DNA from: Neodothiora populina
Lineage: Eukaryota
Length of the DNA: 64,000 nucleotides
Direction of reading: 5' to 3'
Assembly (NCBI RefSeq): GCF_041146345.1
Contig: NW_027191405.1
Location: 186,001 to 250,000 of the forward strand
The first letter of the stretch is position 1; every line of letters starts with the position of its first letter. Below are positions 1 through 13,149 of this stretch, one piece after another. Under the pieces are notes generated by a model, which was not told the origin of the DNA, ran no database searches, and saw only the letters and a list, made by a program, of their open reading frames with translations. The translations under genes and the position numbers were made by a program.

Positions 1-1655
1 CAGGTGTCCATTCTGCTATGGCTTTGTTACTATCTACCTTGAAAGAAGCGCAGGCTATGTTCCCTCACCGATTGTCTGAGCTTCTGTCACAATTACAGGA
101 TGAGCCACTGCTGCGGGGTGAAGCCGTGCGGGCTACATCAGAGCTGAATCTTGACATCTACGAGAGATGGATCGCGGATGATGTTCGAAACTTCACACCA
201 TTCCTGAGACATGACCAGCTCCAAGGCACTCAGGCAACGAAATTAATTCAGTCATGGGCAACTAGTGCAAAGCAGAAATTGCTTGAAGGACTACAGCGGC
301 TTCTTAGCAGTACCCAGGATGCTCAAAAAGTGGTGGCACTACGAAAGGACGTGATCTCAAGGTCACTCTCGGCTAACAAGAAATTGCCTGGTCTTGACCA
401 AGCTGCCTTCTTCGAGGATCTCCGCGCTTGCTTCTCCTCCGGCTTGCGACATATCGCTACTGAGGCAGCTAATGACTTGGTTCAAGTGGCTGATCAGTTC
501 TTGGGCGATACCGCGTCGGTGAACAATGCTACAGAGCTGCTAGACATTTGGGATCATTCGTTGCTCGACCTTGATCTTACCAAGGGTGCTGTGGAATTGA
601 GGGATATGATCACTAATGTCAGTGAGGGAAGGGACAATCGACTACAAGATCTGCACCGCCAACTGAAGTCATGGGCCTCACGCCTGGCCGATGTATCTGT
701 AACAATTAAGACGATGAGAGAAGACAGATGGGACGACGACCTGGAGCTGGACCTGGACGACGACCTCGAACTGAGTGCACCACCGGATCTACTGACGAGA
801 GAAGACCCCAAGTCTTTAGATGATTTGCTCAACGAGCAACGGAACCAGGCACTTACCAAGGTCTACGAGAAGATCCAATCTACCATGTCTGACAATTCGG
901 GTTCGGAGAATCCACCCGCATTCGTTCTGCGACTCCTCCGGGAGGTGGTGCAACACTCCTCGTCGACTGAAACATCCTCTGTTGCGATAGTGAAGCCACC
1001 GCCCTCATTGCTTGAATTATTGCACAATCAACTTGCTCAGCAAGTCATTTCGCAAAATCCGAGCCGGTCATCCCGATTAATAACGTTCACTCGCGCTCCC
1101 GCGATCACTCTCTGGGAGGGGTCGCCTGCACTTCCAATGCAGCCTTCGCCTGCCTCTTGCCGCTTTTTGTACGATACTTGCAAAACAATGGACAAAATTG
1201 GCGTGGATCTCTGGACACCACGTGCGGTCGCAGTGCTGAAGGCTCGTCTGCGCGATTTGGTCGCTGAGACGTTGGACGAGACCTTGTTGGATCAAGCGAA
1301 GGCCAACGGAGCAGAATCTACAGGACAGATCACCAACGGTGCAAGCAACCACGATGTGGCAGCGAACGGGACTTCTGCAGACGCAGAAGTCGAAGAGAAA
1401 GAGGCAGTCGCGTCTACAAAGTCGAACCACGAGTTCCGAAGGATGCCGAAGTTGACACAAGCAATGTACGACGTGCTCTACCTCGAGAAGATATTGAGTC
1501 TACATGAGAAACACGAGGTGACGGCTTTTGACCGTGTGCTGAACCAGCTCCGAGAAAGCCTGCATCTGGAGGAGAGTGCGTGGGAGCGGTTACGGAAGAG
1601 CACTAGCGATCATCACAGGCGGACCTACCTTCTCTTCGGTCTACTTGCGGTGTAG
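1..1655 (+). CDS. COG1 / Vps51-Vps67 family Golgi tethering subunit, 5' end outside the window
   Basis: 545-aa helical ORF whose frame stays open back to the window edge. Acidic DDDLELDLDDD patch and C-terminal RTYLLFGLL resemble fungal COG1/Vps51-family proteins (from recall). Confidence 0.65.
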   Translation, partial: GVHSAMALLLSTLKEAQAMFPHRLSELLSQLQDEPLLRGEAVRATSELNLDIYERWIADDVRNFTPFLRHDQLQGTQATKLIQSWATSAKQKLLEGLQRLLSSTQDAQKVVALRKDVISRSLSANKKLPGLDQAAFFEDLRACFSSGLRHIATEAANDLVQVADQFLGDTASVNNATELLDIWDHSLLDLDLTKGAVELRDMITNVSEGRDNRLQDLHRQLKSWASRLADVSVTIKTMREDRWDDDLELDLDDDLELSAPPDLLTREDPKSLDDLLNEQRNQALTKVYEKIQSTMSDNSGSENPPAFVLRLLREVVQHSSSTETSSVAIVKPPPSLLELLHNQLAQQVISQNPSRSSRLITFTRAPAITLWEGSPALPMQPSPASCRFLYDTCKTMDKIGVDLWTPRAVAVLKARLRDLVAETLDETLLDQAKANGAESTGQITNGASNHDVAANGTSADAEVEEKEAVASTKSNHEFRRMPKLTQAMYDVLYLEKILSLHEKHEVTAFDRVLNQLRESLHLEESAWERLRKSTSDHHRRTYLLFGLLAV

Positions 1656-3206
1656 TCTGAGTATCAACATGTATAATAACATACCAAGTCACAATTTTGC
1701 TCCAGTTCTTGACCCGAAGAAGAAGAAGACCACATATCCACAAATGACCCAGCTGCACTACTCGTGGGGCCATGGTCAGATGCATTTATGTTGGAGTCCA
1801 AGTATCCTTGTCATTGTCATCTGGTCGGAACCCGTGAGGTGGTAAGGGTTGCGATGCTCCTTGGCAGTGTACCTTTGGCCATTCGTGAAGCGAAGCGCGT
1901 GCTTGACCTCTACGTGTCCTCTCCTTTCTGTGCATCCAGTAATATAGGTAGCGTACCGTACCTTAATTACAGATTCAATCCTTCATAGGAAATCAGAATC
2001 AGTCCCCGAGGAAGCGCAAGGACTGTCGATACAGCACGTAGATTGCATTCATAATACATATTAGATGGAGAAGAGATAGTATACCACTGAATCACTTACT
2101 AGCTGCTGCAATTGACGCCTTAGTCGCTTTTCCCCACAGATCGGTGACGTACTGCAACTGCTTTGACCCTCGGTTTCTGTGCTTTTGATCTCGGGGTAAG
2201 CGTGTGTATGTCGGGCACTGGCACTGTAATAGAACTGTCCGGTGTGTACAGGCTACGAAGGAAGCGAGGACCCCCCCCCCTGTTCTTTTTTCACCCTTCG
2301 CCCTTGACCAAACGCCGATCCGTTTTGGCAGCAACGTGCGGATCGAATGTGCCTACAGGGCCGCCCAGTATCTAGTATGACTTACATTGCGGCAAAGAAG
2401 CCACGTCGTCCGCCCTTTTGGACTCTGTACTTGCACAGCACATCGCATCTGCTTACCTGGGGCAAACACCCGACAGTCTGTTTCGCGAAGCTAGTACTGT
2501 AGTCCTGCAATCACACTTTCTCCATCCAACCTCTTTATTCCTAGCATCCAATCGTCATCCTCGTCGTCGTCAATTGACTGATCGCTCTCTATCTCTCCAC
2601 TCCCTTCGCCAGCTCCACCCCCGGACTGCTCCTATTGTTACCCGAAACGCGGCCGGCGAGAACAACCCTCTCCTTATCCCCCGATTCACGATTCAGGATT
2701 CAGGGAGCTTCGTCTCAGTTGTGAGGCTTAATTCCTTATCAACAAGGCCAAGTCCAGCCAGAGCCAGAGTCGTGGTTTGATTGTGACAAGCCATCCTTTG
2801 TCGCGTGTTTACCCTTTCCATCCCATCAGAGTTTGGTCTATTCAAAAGGTGTACTGTTAGTGTGTGCATTTCTTGCGTGTGAATTGAGTTGATCTGATCA
2901 TTTGATTCCTCACGACCGCCTGCCCAATTATTTGTTATTCCATCCCCGCTTGGTGTTGTCGGCCCCGTCTGGCTGATATACATCGTAGCGAGAGTAGCTC
3001 CGCTCTCCACTCACCGCCGCCGGCTACTACTGCTACTAACAGAAAGTGCTAAAGTGCTGGACCCCCAGCCAACCTAGCATAGCTGTACCCACTTTGCTCT
3101 GACCTCATCCAACTTTCTGTTGGCGCCGAGGCAGGAAAGTGCTGGAAGCGCGGTTGATTGTTGCAACAACAGCTCTCCATCCTTTATAAAGGACAATACC
3201 GCCAAG

Positions 3207-5622
3207 ATTCCCGCCTACAAAGACCGCAATTCTGCAGACATCCCCTTGCATCCGCTGACCTCGCCATCATCTCGCCAATCACATCGTCGGTCCACGTCTG
3301 GAGCAGGTGTCACTTCCTTGGACGAAAAGCGCGGCCGCAGTCGCCGCTCTTCGATCGTCTCGGATTCCGAGTTCAGTCTCTGGAGCGAAACCGGCGACCT
3401 TGTAGACCAGTTCGCCGACCACGACGGACACGACTCTCGAGACTCGTCAGAAGAGGGCGCGCCTCCGAGACGACGCACGCGAAGTCAACAGAAGAGAGTC
3501 CGCTACGCCAAAGGTACAGCCTCAGGCAGGGACAAGGAAGCTCCTCTCGTTCGAAGGAAAGAGGACATCCGCATACCGAGTCCTCCGCCCAGGAGAATCA
3601 ACAGAGCGGAACGCATACTCGCCACAATCATGGCTCCCAATGATGGCCCCTCCCGTATACACGGCCTACATGGCAAGAAGTTGCTGTACGCGCCAGACAA
3701 AGTCCCTGTTTCTGCTGTGTTCCCTGGCTGACATACATGCCTCAGCTACTTCACCAGTGTGTTTGTGTCTCTAGGAGTGTTTGTGTTTGGTTACGACCAA
3801 GGTGTCATGAGTGGTATCATCACGTATGTTTGAAGCAAAAGCCCTTTCCCATATGCAGCAGGCTTGCTTACTCGTCCATTCTGCCTTAGCGGTCCTTACT
3901 TCAAGGACTATTTCAACCAGCCCAGCCGTGCCGAGATCGGTACCATGGTCGCCATTCTGGAAGTAGGCGCCTTTATTTCGTCCTTGTCCGTAGGCAGAAT
4001 TGGTGATGTGCTGGGTCGTAGGCGCACTATTCTCTACGGATCTCTCATCTTCATCATCGGAGGCGCATTCCAGACTTTTGCTACCGGCATGCCTATGATG
4101 CTTCTCGGAAGAATTGTTGCTGGTCTCGGTGTAGGTGCCCTGTCGACCATTGTCCCCGTCTACCAATCCGAGATCTCACCTCCTCACAACCGCGGTAAAT
4201 TGGCTTGTATCGAGTTCTCGGGCAACATCATCGGTTACGCTGCCAGTGTGTGGGTTGACTACTTCTGCACCTTCATCAACAATGACTGGGCCTGGCGTGT
4301 GCCTCTGCTCATGCAATGCGTCATGGGTGCTTTGCTCTGCGGAGGAAGTTTCTTGATCTGCGAATCTCCCAGGTGAGGCTTATAGGTTCCGTTGACCGCC
4401 TCTGCTATTGCTAACAAGATCTAGATGGCTGCTCGACAATGACCATGACGAAGAGGGCATCGTGGTCATTGCCAATCTCTACGGCAAGGGCGACATCCAC
4501 AACCCCAAGGCTCGTGACGAGTACCGTGAGATCAAGATGAACGTCCTATTGCAGCGACAAGAGGGTGAGCGTTCCTACAAAGACATGTTCAAGCGATACC
4601 ACAAGCGCGTCTTTATCGCCATGTCCGCTCAGGCTCTGGCCCAGCTCAACGGTATCAACGTCATTTCCTACTATGCGCCTCTTGTCTTTGAACAAGCTGG
4701 TTGGGTAGGTCGTGACGCTATCCTGATGACCGGAATTAATGGTATCACGTACTTGGCCTCGACGATCCCGCCATGGTATGTAGTCGATACTTTGGGTCGA
4801 CGATTTATTTTGTTGTCTGGCGCATTGGTCATGATCGTCGCTCTCTCGGCGATATCATACTTTATATACATCGACATACACTGGACTCCGCGCTTGGTCG
4901 TTATTTTCGTCATGATCTACAACGCCGCCTTCGGATTTTCGTGGGGACCGATTCCTTGGTTGTATCCACCAGAGATCTTGCCTCTCAGCATTCGTGCCAA
5001 GGGTGCAAGTTTGTCGACTGCTTCGAACTGGGCTTTCAATTGGCTCGTGGGAGAAATGACTCCTATTCTACAGGATCTGATCAAGTGGAGGCTGTATCTG
5101 CTGCACGCTTTCTTCTGTGCTGTTTCTTTCGTGGTTGGTAAGTTTGTTCGCAACCTACTCTGTATCCCTTTACCGTCACGGCTGTGATAGCTAACAGCAA
5201 GAACAGTCTATTTCATCTACCCCGAAACAGCAAACGTGCGCCTCGAAGACATGAACTCGATCTTCGGAGACGCAACGACAGTAGCGCCGACCCCACAGAC
5301 CCTAGCAGAAGCCGAGTCCCTGTTCTCACGCTCGCCAGTCCCATCTCTTCGCCTCGGCGACGGCGGGCACGGCGCACCGCAGGACGCAAGCATTCCCGAT
5401 CTGGACATCGACCCGCCCGCTCTCGAGGTCAGCGCAAACGGCAGACCAATGTACAGTGCAGCGAGCAGCAGGAACGGAGACGCAGGCGAGGGCCTCGGCG
5501 GCTGGATCAGTAATCTGGTCAAGAAGGGCAGTGTCAGCGGGGGTTTGGGCGGTGCGAACAAGGATGGTGGAGCCGCTGGTGGAAGCGGGAAATATAGACG
5601 GATCGGACAAGACGAGGATTAA
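3207..5622 (+). CDS. MFS sugar porter (hexose transporter-like); first ATG at 3630, probable non-AUG start at ATT 3207
   Basis: Introns 3686-3745, 3824-3889, 4373-4424 and 5138-5206 (GT-AG with CTRAC-like branch sites) give a continuous frame. Motifs FGYDQGVMSG, GRRRTI, VPVYQSEISPP, CESPRWL, QLNGINVISYY, WGPIPWLYPPEILP and YPET. Confidence 0.93.
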
Positions 5623-8600
5623 GGGTTATGTTAGAGTTTTCGTTTCTGGTAGTGTAGTACTTGTGTTTTAGAAAGAAAGTAGTCGCAAGAAGAGAACGTG
5701 TAGATTGTTTTGTTTTACCATGTCGCCGGTGGGGGAGAATATTATATTGTCGAGTGTGTTGTGTCCAAACTACACATGTCCCATATCTTCTTCATCGAAG
5801 ACAGAGAAAGGACGAGGAAGATATGATTGGACAGCATTGATTACTCTTGTCTCCATCTTCTCCGAAGAAATGAGGCAATTATAGTATGCATATCCTTTTC
5901 TTCGCATGTACATACAATTATCACACAGAACAGAAGATACCTTACCATTCACACCAGGACCAAGCATCAGGCACGTGTGTGCGCGGAGATGTTCTCCAAT
6001 GCATCCTGTGTCCTCTGAACCTTCCTCTCCTTGCTTACAGAAACAGAAACAGAGCATGAAAAGAAGAGAATAAGACGAAGAGAAGAATCCCAGCTCCCGA
6101 ATGCAAATCTACCCCGGATCCAAAGTATTGGATTATGCATACGCAATGACTGCATAAGCCAGCAAGAGAGTCAGAGCACATGTGCAAGCATTCCCTAACA
6201 TGTTGACCCTCGTTGGCAGTAACAGCAGTCGTCGCAATAGCAGCCACAACGACAGCAGCAATGGCAGAAGCCAACACAAAGTAAAGTGGATCGGCTGTAG
6301 CATCGACTTGTCTACTAATCCCTAGCTTAGCGGAGTGATCTTACGAAGTAGCAGAGATCCAGATCAAACTTGACTCAAGTAGTGATCCACTTCGCGACGC
6401 GTGATCCCTTGTGCAATCCGAATTGCAACAGTGCTTTCTTAGTTTATCATCCAATAACACTGTTCATGTGTCAATATTTCCCCCGCTTTCTTTGCCGATC
6501 GCTGGACTGAGTGAAGGTTGGTTTGGTGCATGGATGGGAATTGTAGATTTAATCAGAGGTGGAAGTCTCGGGAATAGGGAACGGACAGGGTTGCCCTCGT
6601 CTTTTTATCCTGAAATCTACGGTTAGGTTTGGTGCCTCCGGTGTTATCTTCAAAATTGATGATATGTATATTACTTTGGTCTGCCCTCCTCTTGCTGAAG
6701 ATTATTGATGAGCCAATGCGTTTTTTACCAACATGTTGTAGTTGTCGAGTGTACTTCGCACTGCGTTAGACGCTGTCGCCTGACGGATATATGTTGATAT
6801 ATCCACCTCGAGGAGCGACTCTATACAGGATATGCTGTGATCCAGGATCGACAACGTCTATCAAAGAAATAGACTTTGTCGTGTTAAACCCGCCTTACCT
6901 ACAATTCTCCAATGCGTGTCGAGACTATCATGATGCGTTCGTTTGGGCATTTCTATGGTGGTCCGAAGGTCATGAATGTCTTCGGTCAATGGTCTACTAC
7001 CTGTGCTAGATCAATCGATGTCTGTACATGGAGATGAAGAAATGTGTCTAGTGTCTCGTCAGTTGTTCATACGTCGCTCCAATCACTTCCGCTCTGTGTC
7101 GATTTGTAGCGATTGTTTGGCGTCAAAGAAATCCAGTCTTCATCATCCTGAAGAATGTTATGACCATCTTCATGATCATGCTAGCTGATACCTGCAAATC
7201 CCCTATAAGATGATCTCGTGTTAATTGTGCGTCCTGTTTTCATAAAGGCGGAGCTTTCCCGCCACGATGTTTGTTCCGCTGCGGCTCCGTTACCGTGACC
7301 GTAGCGCGCTCATCCCGATCATGGGGTGTCTGTTCGCGCGTGGCAACGTGAAACGACGATCTCGACCTCCAATGCGAATCCAACGATCGCTACGCGAAGT
7401 AGGCGTCAATCATGGAAATCACCACAGATTTTCCGAGAACCCAAGAGGACAAAATCATGTCGGATGTTCTTGTGACACGACGCATATTGAGCATCGCATT
7501 TTCAGAGATGGTATCCTCGATTCGAACCCTCGATCAGGATAATTTTCTGATGTGTTTTTCTTTTTCCATCTCGACTATCTTTATTCATTGATAAAAGCCG
7601 ACCGTGGCATCAGTGCCTATCAGCTTGCCGTTGCTTGACTCGATCGGATGTGGTTACATCGGTGTCCATGAATCGGTCGAATGGCTTAGAATATCTCTAC
7701 CTTTTGCCTTGCTCTTCGATTCCGCCGTCTGCGGTCCATATAAATTTACTGATTTCCGGCCGTTTCGTATGCAAGCCGTCATGTATTGGCGCAGGGTCTT
7801 TTTGACGTTTTGTGGACAGAACATCATGTGGCGATTCGAAGCTTTCAGGCGTGCATGACTGTTTTATGCGATGATGAAATTCGGCAATCCCCCGAAATCC
7901 AATAGGCAGATAACAAAGGGTCCGGCGAAGTCCCCCCTACTATGGAGGTCTGCCCATGTTTCTCGCCAGCCCCAGATTCGCAGAGAATCAGTCTCCAGTC
8001 CGCACAGAAAATTGATTTACATGATCAGCAGACATGGTGCTCGAAGCCTGTGCCGAACGAAATGTCCAGTGCGACAGAGGTTGTCGCATATTTGATGCAG
8101 GGGGCACGCGCAGCTCCTCGCAACCGACCGCAACGTCTTAGCAATGAAGAGGTACTTATACAAGCGCGCAAATCGCCGCTACGCACATTTGGCCAGAGCG
8201 ATCTCAACAACAACCTGTTGCGGTCAATAGGAGGGAAGAAAAAGAATCTCTTGTGCGCAAACAATTGCGACTCAAGCAAAATTGCTCATAGCTTTCGGAC
8301 ACGGCGATTGCGATTATTTGCCTTGTAGTCGCCTGCCAGGAAGATGCCGCTCTGGTACAGCGTTACGACTGTAAGTGGGTTTCTCTTCCATTGGTTGCAA
8401 CGATAAGGTACTTACGGTAGACACGCTCGCAGCGTTGTGTGCACCGCAGTATCGTCAACATGACGCAAGAGGAATTTATATGTAAGCTATGGGCGGCAGT
8501 GAAATATGCCAGTCAACACGCGAAGGAGTTGAGGGTGTCATATAGTATTGCATGTCTGTCTGTGGTGCAGGTAGAGGAGCGGAAGCGGCATCCCATCAAC

Positions 8601-9040
8601 CTCAGGCCACCGCCCCGGGCTATAGAAAAAAAGAGAATCCAGATGCTGGGCTGATCTACTTCTGAGCGGAGTATCTCAAACCGGAGAGTGCCCACCATTA
8701 TCTAGCGTGGCCACCAACCTTAACCTACACCTGGGGTAAAAGGAGCTGCACGTTGGCGCAAATGGTGGGATGGCAATAAACAACAGCACGTAGCAAAACC
8801 AAAACCAGGCTTGCCGATCTGCCACAACCGCTGACTATGACTCTTGTTTGATCTGGATGGCGACGCCATTCCAACGATCCGAGAGGCCATGGTAAGGCGG
8901 TGGCACCAAATCTATGGTGTTGATGTGCTTCTGGCTTATACAGATGGAGTCGGCTACCGTCATGAAACACCAGTCAGGCTCTTTTCGTATATCATGTCAG
9001 CCTCGAATGTTGTTTTCTTTTGGCCCGTTGAGCAGTAATC

Positions 9041-9091
9041 CCGCAATATCCGCAGTCTAAATCGATATCGCGGCCCTACCGCAACATCCGC
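9041..9091 (+). promoter_or_regulatory. Repeated CCGCAAYATCCGC element upstream of the DHA1 transporter (possible Zn2Cys6 site)
   Basis: CCGCAATATCCGC at 9041-9053 and CCGCAACATCCGC at 9079-9091. TATATAA near 9430; ATG at 9589. Confidence 0.3.
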
Positions 9092-9588
9092 TAAGGCCCA
9101 ATCCGTCCGCCGAGAGGAATCTGCAGAGCACGGATCTTGTTTACAGCTTCTGCAGTGAATCCCCGGCTAGCCTTGTTCTGTTGTGCGTGTCGGTCAGCTA
9201 GCCGACCCTGTGGCGTACGCGCTTAGAAGAGGAAGCCATGCGGCAAGTTCATTAGTACCTGAGCTAGCGACAATGCTTGTTATCAGCACTGATTCATGTC
9301 GGGAGCGTAAACCACTAACGCCGCAACACCCTGGGTGGCTTTCGAGAACCACGGGGGGTAAGACTAGCAAAAAAACGCTTCAGCAAGTTGGCACGGAATT
9401 GCTCCCTTGGCAGCTATGGCGAGATGGTTATATATAACGACTCGAGTCCCAGTCGGAGGATATGTTCCTCGTTCAAGTCAAAAACGACTCCGTACTAATC
9501 GCCAAGGCGTTAAATCTAATATATCTACCTTGTCGACTATCAAGCCTGAGCAGACTATCGTTTAGCTATACGGAATACAACCATAATC

Positions 9589-11377
9589 ATGACTACCCGT
9601 CAGTACTCTACTTCGAGTAGCGATGGCACTGAGGTTGAGAAGTCTCACGAGGTCCATCCCGTCACTTCTCACAATCAAGGCCATCTATCTCGTCCCGCCA
9701 CAAACGACCCTCTAGAGCTTCCATATGGAGTTCTTAACGACAATGCAGACATGACAGAGTACACCCAAGAGACTGCCAATGGTACGATACTGCACCAGGC
9801 TACCTCGCGGGTGAGTGGCAAGATGGAAAAGTACGAGCTCGTCACCTTTAAGATCGATGACCCGGAAAACCCCAAGAACTGGAGCAAGGGTTACAAGTGG
9901 TACTGCACTATGGTCGTTGCTTTCACCTGCTTCGTTGTTGCCTTCAACTCTGCCGTCATTACTGCCGATTTGGTTGGCGTGGAAGAGACATTCCATGTTT
10001 CAGAAGAGGTCTCGCTTCTTACCATCACAGTATGTTATACCAACAAGATTGCAAGAACGTGCAATATGCTAACATAATCCTTAGCTCTTCGTTATCGGAT
10101 TCGGTGTCGGTCCCATGGTGTTTGCTCCCCTAAGTGAGAGCGTTGGTCGTCGTCCCATCTACGCTGTGACATTGCTCATCGCTGTTGTCTTCATCATCCC
10201 CTGCGCTGTTGCCAAGAACATTGGAACTCTTCTTGTCTGTCGTTTCATCGACGGTGTCGCTTTCAGTGCTCCTATGGTGCTTGTCGGCGGTACTCTTGCT
10301 GATCTGTGGAGACCTGAGGAGAGAGGTGTGCCCATGGCTGCCTTCTCCGCCGCACCTTTCTTGGGTCCTGCCATTGGTGAGTGACTCGCTACCACATGGT
10401 TATCCTACAAGCGCTAACCATCTTCTACAGGTCCTCTCGTCGGTGGTTACCTTGGTGATGGTCACGGCTGGAGATGGCTCTACTGGATCCAGCTTATCCT
10501 TTCTGGAGCTGCCTACCTTCTTCTCGTCATCACCGTCCCCGAGACCTACGCCCCTAAGCTGCTCGCTACCCGCGCTAAGAAGACCAGAAAGGAGACTGGA
10601 GATGCAAAGTACGTCGCAGAGACCGAAATCGATATGGCTCCTTTCTTCCAGCGCATGAAGACCTTCATGATCCGTCCTTTCATCTTGCTGTTCAGCGAGT
10701 TGATCGTCTTCTTGGTCGCCCTCTACATGAGTGTTCTTTACGCCCTTCTCTACATGTTCTTCGTCGCCTTTCCCATTCTCTACCAAGAGGGCAAGGGCTG
10801 GAGTGCCGGCAAGACTGGTCTGATGTTTATTCCTTTGGCCATCGGTGTCCTGTGCTCCGCAGCTATGGCTCCTATTGTCAACAAGGACTACCTCCGCAGG
10901 GCTGCCAAGTACAACGGCAACCCTCCCCCAGAGCTTCGTCTCATTCCCATGATGGTTTCCTGCTGGTTCGTCGCTATCGGTCTTTTCATTTTCGCCTGGA
11001 CCTCCTACCCCCACGTCAGTTGGGCAGGTCCTGCCATCGGTGGTGGTTTCCCCGTCGGTCTTGGTTTCATTCTCCTCTACAACAGTGCCAACAACTACAT
11101 CGTCGATTCCTACCAGCACTACGCCGCTTCCGCTCTTGCTGCCAAGACCTTCATGCGTTCTTTCTGGGGTGCTGGTTTCGTCCTCTTTACCACCCAGATG
11201 TACCACAGACTCGGATACGAGTGGGCCGGCAGTCTGCTAGCCTTCATTGCGCTTGCTTGCTGCGCTATTCCCTTCGTGTTCTTCTTCTTTGGTCACAAGA
11301 TCAGAGCCCACTCTAAGTACGCCTACTCCCCTGACGAGGAGAACACCCCCGGACCTAAGCAGGACTTTGCCCACTAA
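9589..11377 (+). CDS. MFS drug:H+ antiporter, DHA1 (TPO/FLR1-like) family
   Basis: Introns 10030-10084 and 10377-10430. Motifs [56 protein letters not shown] and [15 protein letters not shown]. Confidence 0.93.
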
Positions 11378-12267
11378 GCGTAGAGGCTTGACTCTGCGAC
11401 GTCCTTGCTTTCAAAGCATCAACCTCACAACCACCATTACATTATATTAATACCGCGGCCATCAAAATTGTATTTGCCACTTGTTCTGTCCAATCATCAA
11501 TACCCGGGGCGGGGCCCCCCTTACCTTTTGCTTAACGTCTTACGAGAAGCAGTCGGGAAAAAGGACGCAACAGAGCGGAACTCAACAACAGGGCTTGTTT
11601 ATTTATTCTTTCCACACTTTTCAGCGGGAAAGGAGCGGAACGGGGCGTGTTTTTGACGATTACGATACCTGAAGAATGGCCTTTCTGGAACTTCTTCTTC
11701 GCCTCGATATGCATAATCATCGACGAGCGAGCACAGCAACCCGGCGTTCTTTGGGGATTTTCTTCTTCCTGCTGACGCCTACACAAGACGAGAGACGGGA
11801 TTTGTTTACTCTGCTCCCTACACTACCATATACACAACACTTATAGATTGCGATATACGTTTAGACTAAATCTAATGAGACCATTGAGAGAAAGACTTTT
11901 CAAACAAACACATTCTCAGATCTATCTTCATGTGCCTGTATGTCTCATCGCACCATCTCTCATTCCATTCCACCTTCTGATCTAGAGTCTACTTGCGCTC
12001 TTCTGCCCACCGACTCGTACCCTCTCTCCCTTCCCAACAGATTCACGCAGTATTCAACATAGTTTTCTTACCGAGAACCTTCCACATCCCCCAACCCAAC
12101 CGAAGACTCGCCCGACCATACTCCGCAGACATCATTAGCAAAAGAAGAGGAAACCAAGGAAGCCACGACCCGCGAACCATTTAGCGAACCAAGTCTCCGA
12201 CGTCGGCATATCGTCGCGGCAGCGGACCTATGAGGGAGAGAGAGAGATGGACACCAAGGAAGACTCC

Positions 12268-12288
12268 ACACACACACACACACACACA
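12268..12288. repeat. (CA)n microsatellite
   Basis: About 10 CA units seen directly. Confidence 0.9.
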
Positions 12289-13149
12289 AAGAGGAAACAC
12301 ACAGGGCAAAGATAACAAACACCAACAGAGAGAGAAAAAGGGTAGAGAGGGCGTGCAGTACAGCACCCGTACCAGAAACCACGCCCGTACCCACTCTATC
12401 ACCTTCTCCGTACGTACAAATACACTACAGTACAGTAAGATAGTACGATCCCGATCTCGTTTCAGTATCTTTTCGCGCCGTTTTTTCCCCCCACTTCTAT
12501 GTTATTGTAAGTACGGGTATCCACTCCTCCAGGAACAAGGACCCACTGGTTTCCCTATCTCCGCAGTAGCAGCGTAGCGCAGCGGAAAGCACACAGACAG
12601 AAAGACAGGAGCAAGAGTCATGGGAATCACGAGTGGGGCTGGTGAACGGACGGTTGGCGGATGAGCGGGAAGTGAGCGGAAAGACTAGGCGGAGGTATCG
12701 TAGGAGTCGAGTAATGTAAAGGGGAAGGGTGGAAAACTGTCTGGCTTGTACCGTACCGTTGCAGTAGAGGCGGGATTAAAGCGTAAGAGAGGGAGTGAGA
12801 GGGGTAGGTGCTTTTCTTCTTTGGTTTCTTTTCTAGTCTAAAGTCACGAGGTTCACGAGGAACAGAGGGTTTTGGTGTTCCTAGATGGGGATGTGAAATG
12901 GAATTGGTGGATCCTGGTTTTTTTGTCCGGTAGTCATGAGTAAAGCGTCTTCCCTTTTTTCCAGAGAGGTCTTTAGGTCTATGGCTCGTAAATGGTTGAA
13001 TGGATATGAGGCTTGTGTTGCGAAATGCTTTTTGCTTCTTTGTTTCTGCTCGAACCATGGATCAGATGTAAAACAGTTGAGCAATAGTAGGGTAAGCGGG
13101 AGGAGCTCTGTGTTCGGCTTGTGGCTGCTTAGGTCCGGCAAAGGTGTTT

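Noticed and set aside
5770..6303. Minus-strand hydrophobic plus Cys-rich ORFs suggesting a small secreted peptide
   Set aside because: The signal-like frame has no in-frame ATG or credible intron; the ATG frame gives an unremarkable 56-aa peptide.
7495..7545. GGTTCGAATC on the minus strand resembling a tRNA T-loop
   Set aside because: The flanks do not pair into a T-stem, and I see no D-arm or acceptor stem.
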